DNA from: Eubacteriales bacterium
Lineage (GTDB): Bacteria > Bacillota > Clostridia > Oscillospirales > CAG-272
Length of the DNA stretch: 64,000 nt
NCBI GenBank assembly: GCA_034101145.1
Contig: JAXEKG010000007.1
Location: 17,473-81,472, forward strand
Direction: 5' to 3'
Below are positions 10,487-19,780 of this stretch, in pieces. Under the pieces are notes generated by a model, which did not search any database, was not told the DNA's origin, and saw nothing but the letters and a program-made list of their open reading frames with translations. The translations under genes were made by a program, and so were the position numbers. How positions within the stretch are numbered: position 1 is the first letter of the stretch; each line of letters starts with the position of its first letter.

Positions 10487-13018
10487 ATGGAAAACATAAA
10501 GTTCGTTTTGGAAAAGAGCGACAGAATAAATCGGCTCATAGACAATCTCTACGCGAAGATGCCGGAGATAGAATCGGCACGCGCGCTTCTTGTAACGGAG
10601 AGCTATAAGGCTACTGAAGATTTGCCTATAATAAAAAGGCGTTCGGCAGCTTTTGCCCATATACTTGAAAATATTCCGATAACAATAAGGGATGAGGAGC
10701 TTATAGTCGGAAGCGCAACAATAGCACCGAGGGGTTGTCAGGCATTCCCCGAGTATTCGTACGAGTGGCTTCAAGCCGAGTTCGATACGGTTGCCACCCG
10801 TGAGGCGGACCCGTTCTATATAAGCGAAAAAACAAAATCGGAGCTGCTCGGTGCGTTCGCATATTGGCGAGGCAAAACCGTAAGCGACCTCGCAAAATCC
10901 AATATGGCGCCCGAGGCATACTCTGCTTTTACGGAGCACGGAATGTTCACTCCCGGCAACTATTTCTACAACGGAATCGGACACGTAAACGTAAACTACG
11001 CAAAGGTTATAAATAAAGGTTATCGCGGAATCATAGCGGAGGCGGAGGATGCTCTCGAAAAATGCGACGTATCCGACCCCGATTACACAAGGAAGAACAA
11101 TTTCCTTTGCGCTGTAATAGAGAGTTGCGAGGCTGCGATAAATTATGCGCGCCGTTATTCAGCACTCGCAAAGAAAATGGCGAGAGAGGAAAAGGACGAG
11201 AGGCGTCGCTCGGAGCTTGAAAGAATAGCACGCAACTGCGCAAGGGTACCTGAGTTTCCCGCAAACGATTTTTGGGAGGCATGTCAGTCGTTCTGGTTCG
11301 TTCAGTTGCTCCTTCAGATTGAGTCGAGCGGTCATTCGATATCTCCCGGAAGATTCGACAGATATATGTACCCCCTATACAAAAAGGATATTGATAAGGG
11401 GCAAATAACCTGTGAAGAGGCACAGGAACTTATTGATTGCATTTGGGTTAAACTCAACGATATAAACAAGGTACGCGATGCGGCATCCGCAGATGGATTT
11501 GCAGGTTACGGAATGTTCCAGAATCTCATCGTCGGCGGACAGGATGAAGATGGAGTCGATACGACAAACGATTTGTCGTATATGTGTATTGAAGCGGCCA
11601 TGCACGTACCGCTTCCTCAGCCTTCACTCTCAATAAGAGTATGGAACGGGACCCCGGATGATTTGATGATAAAGGCGGCCGCACTCACAAGAATAGGAAC
11701 GGGACTGCCTGCTTATTATAACGACGAGGTTATAATACCCTCCATTATGGAGAGGGGGTTGTCACTTGCAGACGCAAGAGACTATTGCATTATCGGTTGC
11801 GTTGAACCGCAAAAGGGCTCGAAAACCGACGGCTGGCACGATGCGGCATTCTTCAATATGTGCCGTCCTATGGAGCTCGTATTCTCAAACGGTTACGATA
11901 AGGGAGAAAAGATTGGTCCCGACACGGGTGACGTGTGCGAGATGAAGAGCTTTGAGGAGTTTTACGAAGCATATAAAGCGCAGCAGTCATATATGATAAA
12001 GCTGCTCATAAATGCTGATAATGCAATAGATGCGGCACATGCCACAAGATGTCCCCTTCCGTTTGAGTCCTGCATGGTTGATGACTGTATAGGACGTGGA
12101 CTATCCCTTCAGGAGGGCGGCGCAATATACAACTTCACAGGTCCGCAGGGCTTCGGAATTGCCAACAATACCGACGGACTTATTGCAGTTAAAAAACTCG
12201 TTTTCGATGAGAAAAAAATCACGATGAGCGAGTTGAAGGAAGCAATGAACAACAACTTCGGATACGGTTATACCGGAAAGGCCGCGGAGAATATAACATC
12301 GGAAATAGCAAAGAAAATTGCAGACGCGGGAGTTGTTGTAAATGAGAAAATCGTCCGTGAAATATATGACGAGGTAACCTCTGCAAAGTCCCTCGATGCA
12401 GACAAGAAGGCAAGATACAGAGAAATCAAGAGAATGATTGACGAGGATTGCCCAAAATACGGAAACGATATTTACGATGTCGACATGTTCGCTCGTGACG
12501 TTGCAAATACCTATACTAAAGAAGTTGAGAAGTACAAGAACGTACGCGGAGGAAAATTCCAGGCGGGACTCTATCCCGTATCCGCAAACGTTCCTCTCGG
12601 CGCACAGACCGGGGCAACTCCCGACGGACGTCTCGCGTATACTCCGATAGCCGACGGCATAGGCCCTATGTCGGGAAGAGACGTCAAGGGTCCGACCGCT
12701 ACCGCAAATTCGGTATCAAAGCTCGAACAGAACGTTGCGTCAAACGGAACTCTGCTCAATCAGAAGTTCCACCCCTCGGCACTTGCCGGTATGTCGGGTC
12801 TTATAAAGTTTGCTGCTCTTATACGCTCCTACTTCGACAAAAAAGGTATGCATATGCAGTTTAACGTCGTAACGAAGGAGACGCTTCTCGATGCACAGAA
12901 GAATCCCGAGAAGTACAAGACGCTCGTTGTCAGGGTTGCCGGATACAGTGCGCTCTTCACCACGCTTTCACGTTCGCTTCAGAACGATATTATAAACAGG
13001 ACGCAGCAGGGCTGGTAA
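10487..13018 (+). CDS. Glycyl radical enzyme, B12-independent 1,2-propanediol dehydratase-like
   Basis: 'YFYNGIGHV', 'IIGCVEP', glycyl loop 'VRVAGYSA', internal encapsulation-peptide insert; BMC context. Start could be 10481. Confidence 0.88.
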   Translation: MENIKFVLEKSDRINRLIDNLYAKMPEIESARALLVTESYKATEDLPIIKRRSAAFAHILENIPITIRDEELIVGSATIAPRGCQAFPEYSYEWLQAEFDTVATREADPFYISEKTKSELLGAFAYWRGKTVSDLAKSNMAPEAYSAFTEHGMFTPGNYFYNGIGHVNVNYAKVINKGYRGIIAEAEDALEKCDVSDPDYTRKNNFLCAVIESCEAAINYARRYSALAKKMAREEKDERRRSELERIARNCARVPEFPANDFWEACQSFWFVQLLLQIESSGHSISPGRFDRYMYPLYKKDIDKGQITCEEAQELIDCIWVKLNDINKVRDAASADGFAGYGMFQNLIVGGQDEDGVDTTNDLSYMCIEAAMHVPLPQPSLSIRVWNGTPDDLMIKAAALTRIGTGLPAYYNDEVIIPSIMERGLSLADARDYCIIGCVEPQKGSKTDGWHDAAFFNMCRPMELVFSNGYDKGEKIGPDTGDVCEMKSFEEFYEAYKAQQSYMIKLLINADNAIDAAHATRCPLPFESCMVDDCIGRGLSLQEGGAIYNFTGPQGFGIANNTDGLIAVKKLVFDEKKITMSELKEAMNNNFGYGYTGKAAENITSEIAKKIADAGVVVNEKIVREIYDEVTSAKSLDADKKARYREIKRMIDEDCPKYGNDIYDVDMFARDVANTYTKEVEKYKNVRGGKFQAGLYPVSANVPLGAQTGATPDGRLAYTPIADGIGPMSGRDVKGPTATANSVSKLEQNVASNGTLLNQKFHPSALAGMSGLIKFAALIRSYFDKKGMHMQFNVVTKETLLDAQKNPEKYKTLVVRVAGYSALFTTLSRSLQNDIINRTQQGW

Positions 13019-13046
13019 TCCCCATAATAAAAAAATAGGTAAATAT

Positions 13047-13832
13047 ATGAACGATATATACGATAGCCGTGGAAGAATTTTCAATATTCAGCGCTTCTCC
13101 GTTCATGACGGTCCCGGCATACGCACTATTGTGTTTTTTAAGGGTTGCGTCCTTCGTTGCCGTTGGTGCTGTAATCCCGAATCGCAGTCATTCGAGATTC
13201 AACAGATGACCGAGGCCGGCAAGGTAAAAACCGTCGGTTATGACGTGAGCGTGCGTGACATTATGCCCGAGATACTGTCGGATATGACGTACTACCGTCG
13301 CAGCGGAGGCGGAATAACGCTGTCGGGAGGAGAAATACTCTGTCAGTACAAATTCGCACGGGATTTGCTCGCGGCATGCAAGGAAAACGGACTTCATACC
13401 GCGGTGGAGTCAACGGCTTATGCGCCGTACGAGAAGATAGAAGCGATTCTGCCTTATCTTGATTTGTTCCTTATGGATATTAAGCATATGGACTCACAAA
13501 AGCATAAGGAATATACGGGAGTCGATAATTCTCTCATACTTGAAAATGCAAAGCGGCTCGGGGCGAGCGAGGTAAATCTCATCGTCCGCACACCGGTAAT
13601 CCCCGGCTTCAATGATGCGAAAGAGGATATAGAGAAAATCGCAAGGTATGCGGCATCCGTCGGAGCTGACGAATATCATCTGCTCCCGTATCACCGTCTG
13701 GGCCGTGACAAATACGACGGACTTTCACGTGAATATACTCTGGACGGTATTATGCCGCCGGAAAAAGAGAAGATGGAATATCTTTTATCGGTTGCGGAAG
13801 TGTGCGGAATTAAATGTCAAGTAGGCGGATGA
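13047..13832 (+). CDS. Glycyl-radical activating enzyme (radical SAM), short form
   Basis: 'HDGPGIRT', 'KGCVLRCRWCCNPES', 'GGGITLSGGE'. Confidence 0.95.
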   Translation: MNDIYDSRGRIFNIQRFSVHDGPGIRTIVFFKGCVLRCRWCCNPESQSFEIQQMTEAGKVKTVGYDVSVRDIMPEILSDMTYYRRSGGGITLSGGEILCQYKFARDLLAACKENGLHTAVESTAYAPYEKIEAILPYLDLFLMDIKHMDSQKHKEYTGVDNSLILENAKRLGASEVNLIVRTPVIPGFNDAKEDIEKIARYAASVGADEYHLLPYHRLGRDKYDGLSREYTLDGIMPPEKEKMEYLLSVAEVCGIKCQVGG

Positions 13833-13932
13833 CTTCCGTGCCATAACGGAAGGTTCAGTGAGCGGTCAAAAGCCGGGTAGGCGGATGACCTCCGTGCCAT
13901 AACGGAAGGTTCAGTGAGCAGTCAAAAGCCGG
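13821..13932 (+). repeat. Tandem 2 x 56-bp repeat with internal hairpin
   Basis: gtaggcggatgac(t/c)tccgtgccataacggaaggttcagtgagc(g/a)gtcaaaagccgg at 13821 and 13877. Confidence 0.95.
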
Positions 13933-14008
13933 GCAGGCGTGCGGATGCAATCGCTGTAACAGAAGATAAAAATGATGAACAGTATAAATGTAAAAACGGA
14001 GGATAACC

Positions 14009-14368
14009 ATGGAGCTCAAGGATAAAATGAGAATAGTGCAGGAGCTGGTACCGGGTAAGCAGGTAACTCTTTGCCATATTATTGCCAATCCGGACGACGT
14101 GCTCTTTACAAAGCTCGGTCTCGACCCGAAAACCGATTATACACGCAGTGCGATAGGGGTGCTTACGATAAGCCCTGCCGAGAGTGCGGTAATAGCCGCA
14201 GATATTGCAATCAAGTCGTCGGGGGCAGATATAGGATTCGTCGACAGATTCACCGGTACCCTTATAATTTCGGGCAGCGTTTCGAGCGTGGAATCTGCGT
14301 TCACCGCCATTCGTGAGTACGTTATGAACAAGCTCGGCTATACCTGTTGCGACATAACGAGAACATAA
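14009..14368 (+). CDS. Circularly permuted BMC shell protein PduU/EutS
   Basis: 'RIVQELVPGKQVTLCHIIANP', 'IGFVDRFTG', C-terminal 'ITRT'. Confidence 0.93.
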   Translation: MELKDKMRIVQELVPGKQVTLCHIIANPDDVLFTKLGLDPKTDYTRSAIGVLTISPAESAVIAADIAIKSSGADIGFVDRFTGTLIISGSVSSVESAFTAIREYVMNKLGYTCCDITRT

Positions 14369-14381
14369 AAAGCGGACATCA

Positions 14382-14813
14382 ATGAAAAAGATAATTTTGA
14401 TCGGGCGTGTTGCGGCAGGAAAAACAACTCTGACGCAGGCGCTCCGCGGAGAAGAAATACATTATTTCAAGACTCAGTACGTGAATTACCTCGATACTAT
14501 AATAGATACTCCCGGTGAATATACCGAGCTTCGGCAGACGAGCGGTGCGCTCGCCTTATATTCGTATGAGGCCGACGTAGTCGGGCTTGTCCTGAGTGCA
14601 AATGAGCCTTATTCGATTTTTTCACCGAATATCACAAGCCTCGTCAATCGTGAGGTTATAGGAATAGTATCCGGAATTGATAAGCCGGACGCCAACGTGG
14701 AGAGAGTGTCGCGATGGTTAAAGCTGGCAGGATGCAAGAAGATTTTTCCCGTGAGTGCCGTGACGGGCGAGGGGCTTGACGCTATCATAGAATATCTTGA
14801 AAAGGATGACTGA
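14382..14813 (+). CDS. PduV/EutP family small GTPase
   Basis: 'IGRVAAGKTTLTQAL', 'KTQ', 'IDTPGEY'. Confidence 0.93.
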   Translation: MKKIILIGRVAAGKTTLTQALRGEEIHYFKTQYVNYLDTIIDTPGEYTELRQTSGALALYSYEADVVGLVLSANEPYSIFSPNITSLVNREVIGIVSGIDKPDANVERVSRWLKLAGCKKIFPVSAVTGEGLDAIIEYLEKDD

Positions 14814-14814
14814 T

Positions 14815-15606
14815 ATGAGTAAAACAACTGTAATCGCATTTGCAAACAATAAGGGTGGCAGCGGAAAAACCACGACGTGCTCTAACGTAGGCTGTGCGAT
14901 GGCGCTTTCAGGTAAGAGGGTTCTGCTTATCGACGGTGATATGCAGATGAATCTGACACTTTCATTTTTCGATGAGGATAAGGCACTTGAACTTGCGAAA
15001 AACGGTAAGAATCTCTACACGGCAGTTAAAGAGGAAAAGGACCTTTCGGACTACGTAATACCGACGGGATACGTCGGACTCGACCTGATTCCATCCTCCT
15101 CTCTCATGAGCTCGATAGAGTTTGACCTGTTTACAAAGTGGCAGAGAGAAATAATATTAAAAAAGTGCCTCGAACCCATAAGGGCTAAGGGATATTATGA
15201 TTACATACTGATAGATTCTCCTCCAACGCTCGGGGGGTGGGTTATGAACATTATGTGCGCCTCGGACTTTGTGGTCATACCCGTTGAGGCATCGCCGTGG
15301 GGTCTGTTCGGGCTTGCCAATATGTTTGAGTTCTGCGAGAGCGTAAAGATGATTGCGCCCAAACTCTCCATACTGGGAATAGCAATAACGAAGGCAGATG
15401 AGCGTAAGAATTATTTTAAGCAAACCCTCGACACCCTGCGTGAAACTGATGCGGCAAGACTCTTTGATACATACGTCCGCGTGGACAGCGCAGTTGAATG
15501 GGCTCAGGATAACAGCAAGCCCGTAGTAGCTTACAAGAAAAACAGCCGAAGTGCGGTTGAATATACAGAACTTGCAAAGGAGATAATGAAATATGCCCGT
15601 AGGTAA
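14815..15606 (+). CDS. ParA/MinD-family ATPase (McdA-like candidate)
   Basis: Deviant Walker A 'NKGGSGKTT', 'VLLIDGDMQMNLT', 'YDYILIDSPP'. Confidence 0.93.
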   Translation: MSKTTVIAFANNKGGSGKTTTCSNVGCAMALSGKRVLLIDGDMQMNLTLSFFDEDKALELAKNGKNLYTAVKEEKDLSDYVIPTGYVGLDLIPSSSLMSSIEFDLFTKWQREIILKKCLEPIRAKGYYDYILIDSPPTLGGWVMNIMCASDFVVIPVEASPWGLFGLANMFEFCESVKMIAPKLSILGIAITKADERKNYFKQTLDTLRETDAARLFDTYVRVDSAVEWAQDNSKPVVAYKKNSRSAVEYTELAKEIMKYARR

Positions 15607-15856
15607 GAATTCAATCAGACGAGTTGCAAACAACGGATATTCGAAAGTTAAGACGGAAGCCCCCGATATGGAAAACAGTAAAATTGTGACTATTAAGAAA
15701 AGCACGACGGTTAAGAACGCTTCAACGAAAAAAGATAACGCAGTCTCGGATAACGTTAACTTAGTTAAGGCAAAAGGGATTTTGACGCCGGTAGATACTA
15801 AAACAGAAAAGAGTTTTGTAAACGTCGGAGACGATATGCCGTACTACCTTCTGTAA
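15593..15856 (+). CDS. Small basic low-complexity protein, putative ParA partner (McdB-like)
   Basis: AGGAG RBS, 14-nt overlap with parA; basic N-terminus, K/T/N-rich middle, C-terminal 'DDMPYYLL'. Confidence 0.75.
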   Translation: MPVGKNSIRRVANNGYSKVKTEAPDMENSKIVTIKKSTTVKNASTKKDNAVSDNVNLVKAKGILTPVDTKTEKSFVNVGDDMPYYLL

Positions 15857-15912
15857 ATGAGTGACGGCATCAAAAAATCAGGTTTCAAATCAAATAAGAT
15901 TTGGTATTTGTG

Positions 15913-15941
15913 TTGACTTTACGTAAGTGTTATGTTAGAAT
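15913..15941 (+). promoter_or_regulatory. Sigma-A promoter
   Basis: TTGACT-17-TAGAAT with extended TG. Confidence 0.6.
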
Positions 15942-15971
15942 AGCGGTGTAAAAACACCGCTTTTTATTTTT
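15942..15971 (+). terminator. Intrinsic terminator (probably ends the BMC operon)
   Basis: agcggtgt-aaaa-acaccgct followed by T-rich run. Confidence 0.7.
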
Positions 15972-16012
15972 ATTGTCTATGATTCCGACGAAAAAAGATG
16001 CGAGGAAAAATT

Positions 16013-18247
16013 ATGAAAAATATCAATCACGTAGAATACGATTTTGTCGTATGCGGAGGTGGCATCGCCGGTATGTGCGCGGCTCTTGCGGCGGCAAGAC
16101 ACGGACTAAAAGTTCTTCTTGTGAACGACAGAAACGTTCTGGGTGGAAATGCATCGAGCGAAATAGGCGTTGCAATGTCCGGTTCCTGCCACGGTACTCA
16201 TAACCCTGCCATATATGCTAAGGATACGGGAATTGCCAACGAGATAAACAACACCGTATTCAAGATGAAAGAAGGCGGAGGTCTCGGAAAATTCGCCGCT
16301 CTTGACGCCGCTTTCTTTGACCTCATATACCGTGAAAAGAACATAACTCTTATGCTTAATACCCTTGCTTACGACGCAAAGGTCGAGGACGGCAGAATAA
16401 AATACGTATATCTGCGCCATACAATAAGCGAGGAGGAGTACGAGGTTGAGGCCCCTTTCTTTGCAGACTGTACCGGTAACGGCGCAGTGGGAGCTGCCGC
16501 AGGTTGCGAGTGGAAAATGGGGCGAGAGGGCAAAGACGAGTTCGGCGAATACTGGGCCCCCGAAGCTGCAGACAAGCATACCATGGGAAATTCCTTCTAT
16601 TTTGAAGTTGAAAACATGGGGCATGAGGTTACGTACAAGAAACCCGATTTTGCATACAGTATATACGGAATGGATTTTGTAAAGGAAATCAATGACCCAA
16701 AGAAATTCCGCGGATTCAGCGTATGGGGACCACACTGGGCATACGAATACGGAGGGCAGAAGAATATAATCAAGGATGCAGATGACGTTGACCTGGAACT
16801 GCGCAAACTGTTATACGGTATATGGGACTACGTCAAGAACAGCGGAAAATATCCGAACGCAAAGAACGCGTCGCTTAAACGAATGTTTGCACGTTCCGGC
16901 TCCAGAGAATCAAGACGTTTCGTCGGGGACTATATGCTGAACGAGAACGATATCGAGAACAAGGTTGACTTTCCCGATTCCGTTGCTATCGGAGGATGGC
17001 CCATGGATATACACGCGCCTCTCGGTATATACGATACGCTCCCCGCATCGAATTTCGTTCCGGTAACGGGAACGTACAACATACCTTTCCGTTCGCTGTA
17101 TTCCAAAAATATTTCAAACATTTTCTTTGCAGGCAGAAACATAAGCGCAACTCATATTGCTCTTGGTTCTACCAGAGTCATGCTCACCTGCGGTTCTCTC
17201 GGTCAGGCTGTAGGTACGGCGGCTTACGTCGCAAAGTTACGCGGCGCCAAAACAACGCGTGAAATATACGAGAAGCATATAGGAGAGGTACAAAGCGTGC
17301 TTCTCGACGACGACCAGAGTATTCTTCACAGAAATCACGGCGCTCTCAAAAACTTTACCGCTACGGCTTCGTCCACTAAAAAATATGAAAACACGGCAAA
17401 AGACGGTGAGATGCCGCTTGAACGTGATTATGCACTTATGCTTCCGCTCGAAAGCGACAAGCTCGAATCTGTGGACGTATACATAACGGCAAAAGAGGAT
17501 ACGACGCTCGAATATACAATTCTCTCGGGAACTCACAGAGAGACGTACATACCGGACGGTATTGTAAGTAAAAAGAGCCTTCAGCTCAACGGCGGTACCG
17601 ACGGTTATGTCAGGATTCCCGTTAACGAAAAGGTCGGCGCCGACGGAAAGATGTATATAGTTTTTCACAAAAACGGTTCTGTCAGTCTGGGCATATCTAA
17701 TACAAGAACAATGGGCGCAATAACCGCCCGTATGCATACGGATGAAAGCCACGACGGCATGAATCACGATTCCGCACCTCTCGATAAGGAAAAAACGGGA
17801 TATATAGGAATAGACCACGACGGAGAGATAAATCGCAATATACTCTTTGAAAACATCAGACCTATGCAGGATATATATGCCGCAAAATATGCGATAAACG
17901 GCTATTCACGTCCGTGGGGAGTTCCCAATCTCTGGTTGCCCGAGAGCATCCCTGCGACAATAAATCTTCACAGCGATGTCAAAGAGAGTGCAAAGTTCAT
18001 ATCGGTTGCATTCGACGATGACCTCAGCTACGACAACGACAGGGACCTGCCCAAAACTCTCGCAAAGTCCTTCAAGATTAAAATAAAAGCGTCAGAGAAC
18101 GAACAGGTTATAGAAGTGTTTGACAATGCTCTTCGTTATCGCAGATTCCCCATAGATATTTCCGGTAACATAACGGATATATCTGTAACGCTGCGTGAGA
18201 CCTACGGTGAAATCGGGGGAATATACGGAATCTATTTGCAAAAATAA
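16013..18247 (+). CDS. FAD-dependent oxidoreductase (FAD_oxidored type) with C-terminal beta-rich extension
   Basis: 'VVCGGGIAGMCAALAAAR', 'LGGNASSE', 'DCTGNG', 'RESRR', 'FAGRNISATH..LGSTRVM'. Confidence 0.88.
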   Translation: MKNINHVEYDFVVCGGGIAGMCAALAAARHGLKVLLVNDRNVLGGNASSEIGVAMSGSCHGTHNPAIYAKDTGIANEINNTVFKMKEGGGLGKFAALDAAFFDLIYREKNITLMLNTLAYDAKVEDGRIKYVYLRHTISEEEYEVEAPFFADCTGNGAVGAAAGCEWKMGREGKDEFGEYWAPEAADKHTMGNSFYFEVENMGHEVTYKKPDFAYSIYGMDFVKEINDPKKFRGFSVWGPHWAYEYGGQKNIIKDADDVDLELRKLLYGIWDYVKNSGKYPNAKNASLKRMFARSGSRESRRFVGDYMLNENDIENKVDFPDSVAIGGWPMDIHAPLGIYDTLPASNFVPVTGTYNIPFRSLYSKNISNIFFAGRNISATHIALGSTRVMLTCGSLGQAVGTAAYVAKLRGAKTTREIYEKHIGEVQSVLLDDDQSILHRNHGALKNFTATASSTKKYENTAKDGEMPLERDYALMLPLESDKLESVDVYITAKEDTTLEYTILSGTHRETYIPDGIVSKKSLQLNGGTDGYVRIPVNEKVGADGKMYIVFHKNGSVSLGISNTRTMGAITARMHTDESHDGMNHDSAPLDKEKTGYIGIDHDGEINRNILFENIRPMQDIYAAKYAINGYSRPWGVPNLWLPESIPATINLHSDVKESAKFISVAFDDDLSYDNDRDLPKTLAKSFKIKIKASENEQVIEVFDNALRYRRFPIDISGNITDISVTLRETYGEIGGIYGIYLQK

Positions 18248-18276
18248 TATTCTTTCCCGAAAAACAAACCTGCGAT

Positions 18277-18306
18277 GAAAAAATCCGTCATGGGACGGAT
18301 TTTTTT
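18277..18306 (+). terminator. Intrinsic terminator
   Basis: aaaaaatccgtc-atgg-gacggatttttt. Confidence 0.75.
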
Positions 18307-18467
18307 ATGCTTATGAATAATATTGATAAAAAACTCGGTTACTGTTTTCCTATACATAGTGCTCTGCGGTAGCAAAAGCATACGGGCAACATAGTATGAT
18401 ATCGAGAGGGCGAAAAACATAATCAGCGAAAACATGTCAGCCCTCATCACAATGGAGGAAAACAGCT

Positions 18468-18566
18468 ATGAATAACAATTGCTTATGCCATCTTTTCGAT
18501 GATAACTGCACGTGGGTAATCATACTCGCGCTCATTATCCTCTTCTGCTGCTGCTGCAACGGCTGA
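18468..18566 (+). CDS. 32-aa Cys-rich hydrophobic small protein (not in ORF track)
   Basis: GGAGG RBS; MNNNCLCHLFDDNCTWVIILALIILFCCCCNG; downstream terminator hairpin at about 18597-18639. Confidence 0.7.
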   Translation: MNNNCLCHLFDDNCTWVIILALIILFCCCCNG

Positions 18567-18834
18567 GAATAAGCCAGGTATTTCGCCTACAGACAAGAGG
18601 GGACTGCTCTTAAATTCAGGGCAGATCCCCTTTTCTTTTGAGGATTACATTAAATTACTCCCGAAGCTTTTCTATAACAACGGAAATGAGGAGAACTATA
18701 TGCCGCGCTCACAAGTTTATGAAAATGAAATAACTCATAACCCTTGGAAAAAAAGAAGCAGGTCAACCTGCCTCCATATGGATGAAGCAAAGAAAAAGAG
18801 TGTCCATAACCCAAATCCGTTATGAACACCCACA

Positions 18835-18910
18835 TGGTCTGAGTGACACGATTTGAACGTGCGACCTCCACCACCCCAAGGTGGCGCTCTCCCAACTGAG
18901 CCACACCCAG
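18835..18910 (-). tRNA. tRNA-Pro(GGG)
   Basis: Cloverleaf; anticodon arm CCACC-TT GGG GT-GGTGG; TTCAAAT T-loop; encoded CCA. Confidence 0.96.
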
Positions 18911-19120
18911 ATACGCAAGCATTATTATAACACGCAAAATCAACAAAGTCAATAGTAAAATAAAGTATTTTTACTTTTTTACACGGCTAAGTGTTTTCAA
19001 AAAACAAAAATCAAAGAGTTGATTTTCTTCTTTGACTCCTTACGGCAAAACTGATACTACGCATACATATACTTGTCGAAAGGTGTATATAAATATTAAA
19101 TGAAAAATATGCGAAGGGTA

Positions 19121-19149
19121 TTGACAAATCAAGATATGCGTGATAAAAT
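19121..19149 (+). promoter_or_regulatory. Sigma-A promoter of tRNA-Leu/tRNA-fMet
   Basis: TTGACA-17-TAAAAT with extended TG. Confidence 0.8.
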
Positions 19150-19187
19150 ATATAAGCTATCAAAAAAAGGATATCAGGTTCAAGTTT

Positions 19188-19276
19188 GCCGGAGTGGCGG
19201 AATTGGCAGACGCCCGGGACTTAAAATCCCGTGAGACGTGAGTCTCGTGCCGGTTCGAACCCGGTTTCCGGCACCA
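19188..19276 (+). tRNA. tRNA-Leu(TAA)
   Basis: GCCGGAG..., anticodon arm CGGGA-CT TAA AA-TCCCG, long variable arm, CCA. Confidence 0.96.
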
Positions 19277-19285
19277 ATATAACAT

Positions 19286-19363
<78 letters not shown>

Positions 19364-19572
19364 AAACAGATACCGCTGTTGATACAATCGTGTCGACAGC
19401 GGTATCGTTATTTTACCGCAAAAACATAGGCAGAATAAGCACTTATAAAAACAAGCGTTGCATTTTGGGAGTATTCCACCCATCCTGCAACGCTTTTTTA
19501 TTGTTTTTATTGCCCCACCCCGGGACTTAACCCAACATTCATACTGACCTATCGTTAAACAACCGCATTTCG

Positions 19573-19761
19573 CTAAACGGCCGACTCCTTTTTTGCTTTG
19601 CTTTTTTCTGTTGCTATAATTAGATCGACCGTAGCTTTCTTGATTTCTTCCATCCGTCTTGCGCGTTCCTCTTCGGTTAGAATCGGACGGTACTCCCTAA
19701 CGATGCAGTTGTTGTGACGATAAACTTCCGGCTCCATATAGACATCGTGACAGGTTTTCAT
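19573..19761 (-). CDS. Small hypothetical protein, phage/MGE-like
   Basis: RBS AAGGA; 'RPILTEEERARRMEEIKKA' resembles small Firmicutes phage proteins (recognised by eye). Confidence 0.55.
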   Translation of the reverse strand: MKTCHDVYMEPEVYRHNNCIVREYRPILTEEERARRMEEIKKATVDLIIATEKSKAKKESAV

Positions 19762-19780
19762 AGCATTATCCTTCTATCGC

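Noticed and set aside
10487-13018. Pyruvate formate-lyase or choline TMA-lyase assignment
   Set aside because: Single-Cys GCVEP motif (PFL has CC), and the aldolase-containing GRM5-type context favours a diol dehydratase.
13821-13939. Possible mini CRISPR array
   Set aside because: The units are contiguous with no unique spacers, and there are no cas genes in the window.
14815-15606. Chromosomal Soj/ParA or plasmid partition system
   Set aside because: No ParB/Spo0J gene, parS site or origin-region genes were seen; it is embedded in the BMC operon.
18650-18952. 100-aa ORF
   Set aside because: Overlaps tRNA-Pro on the same strand; spurious.
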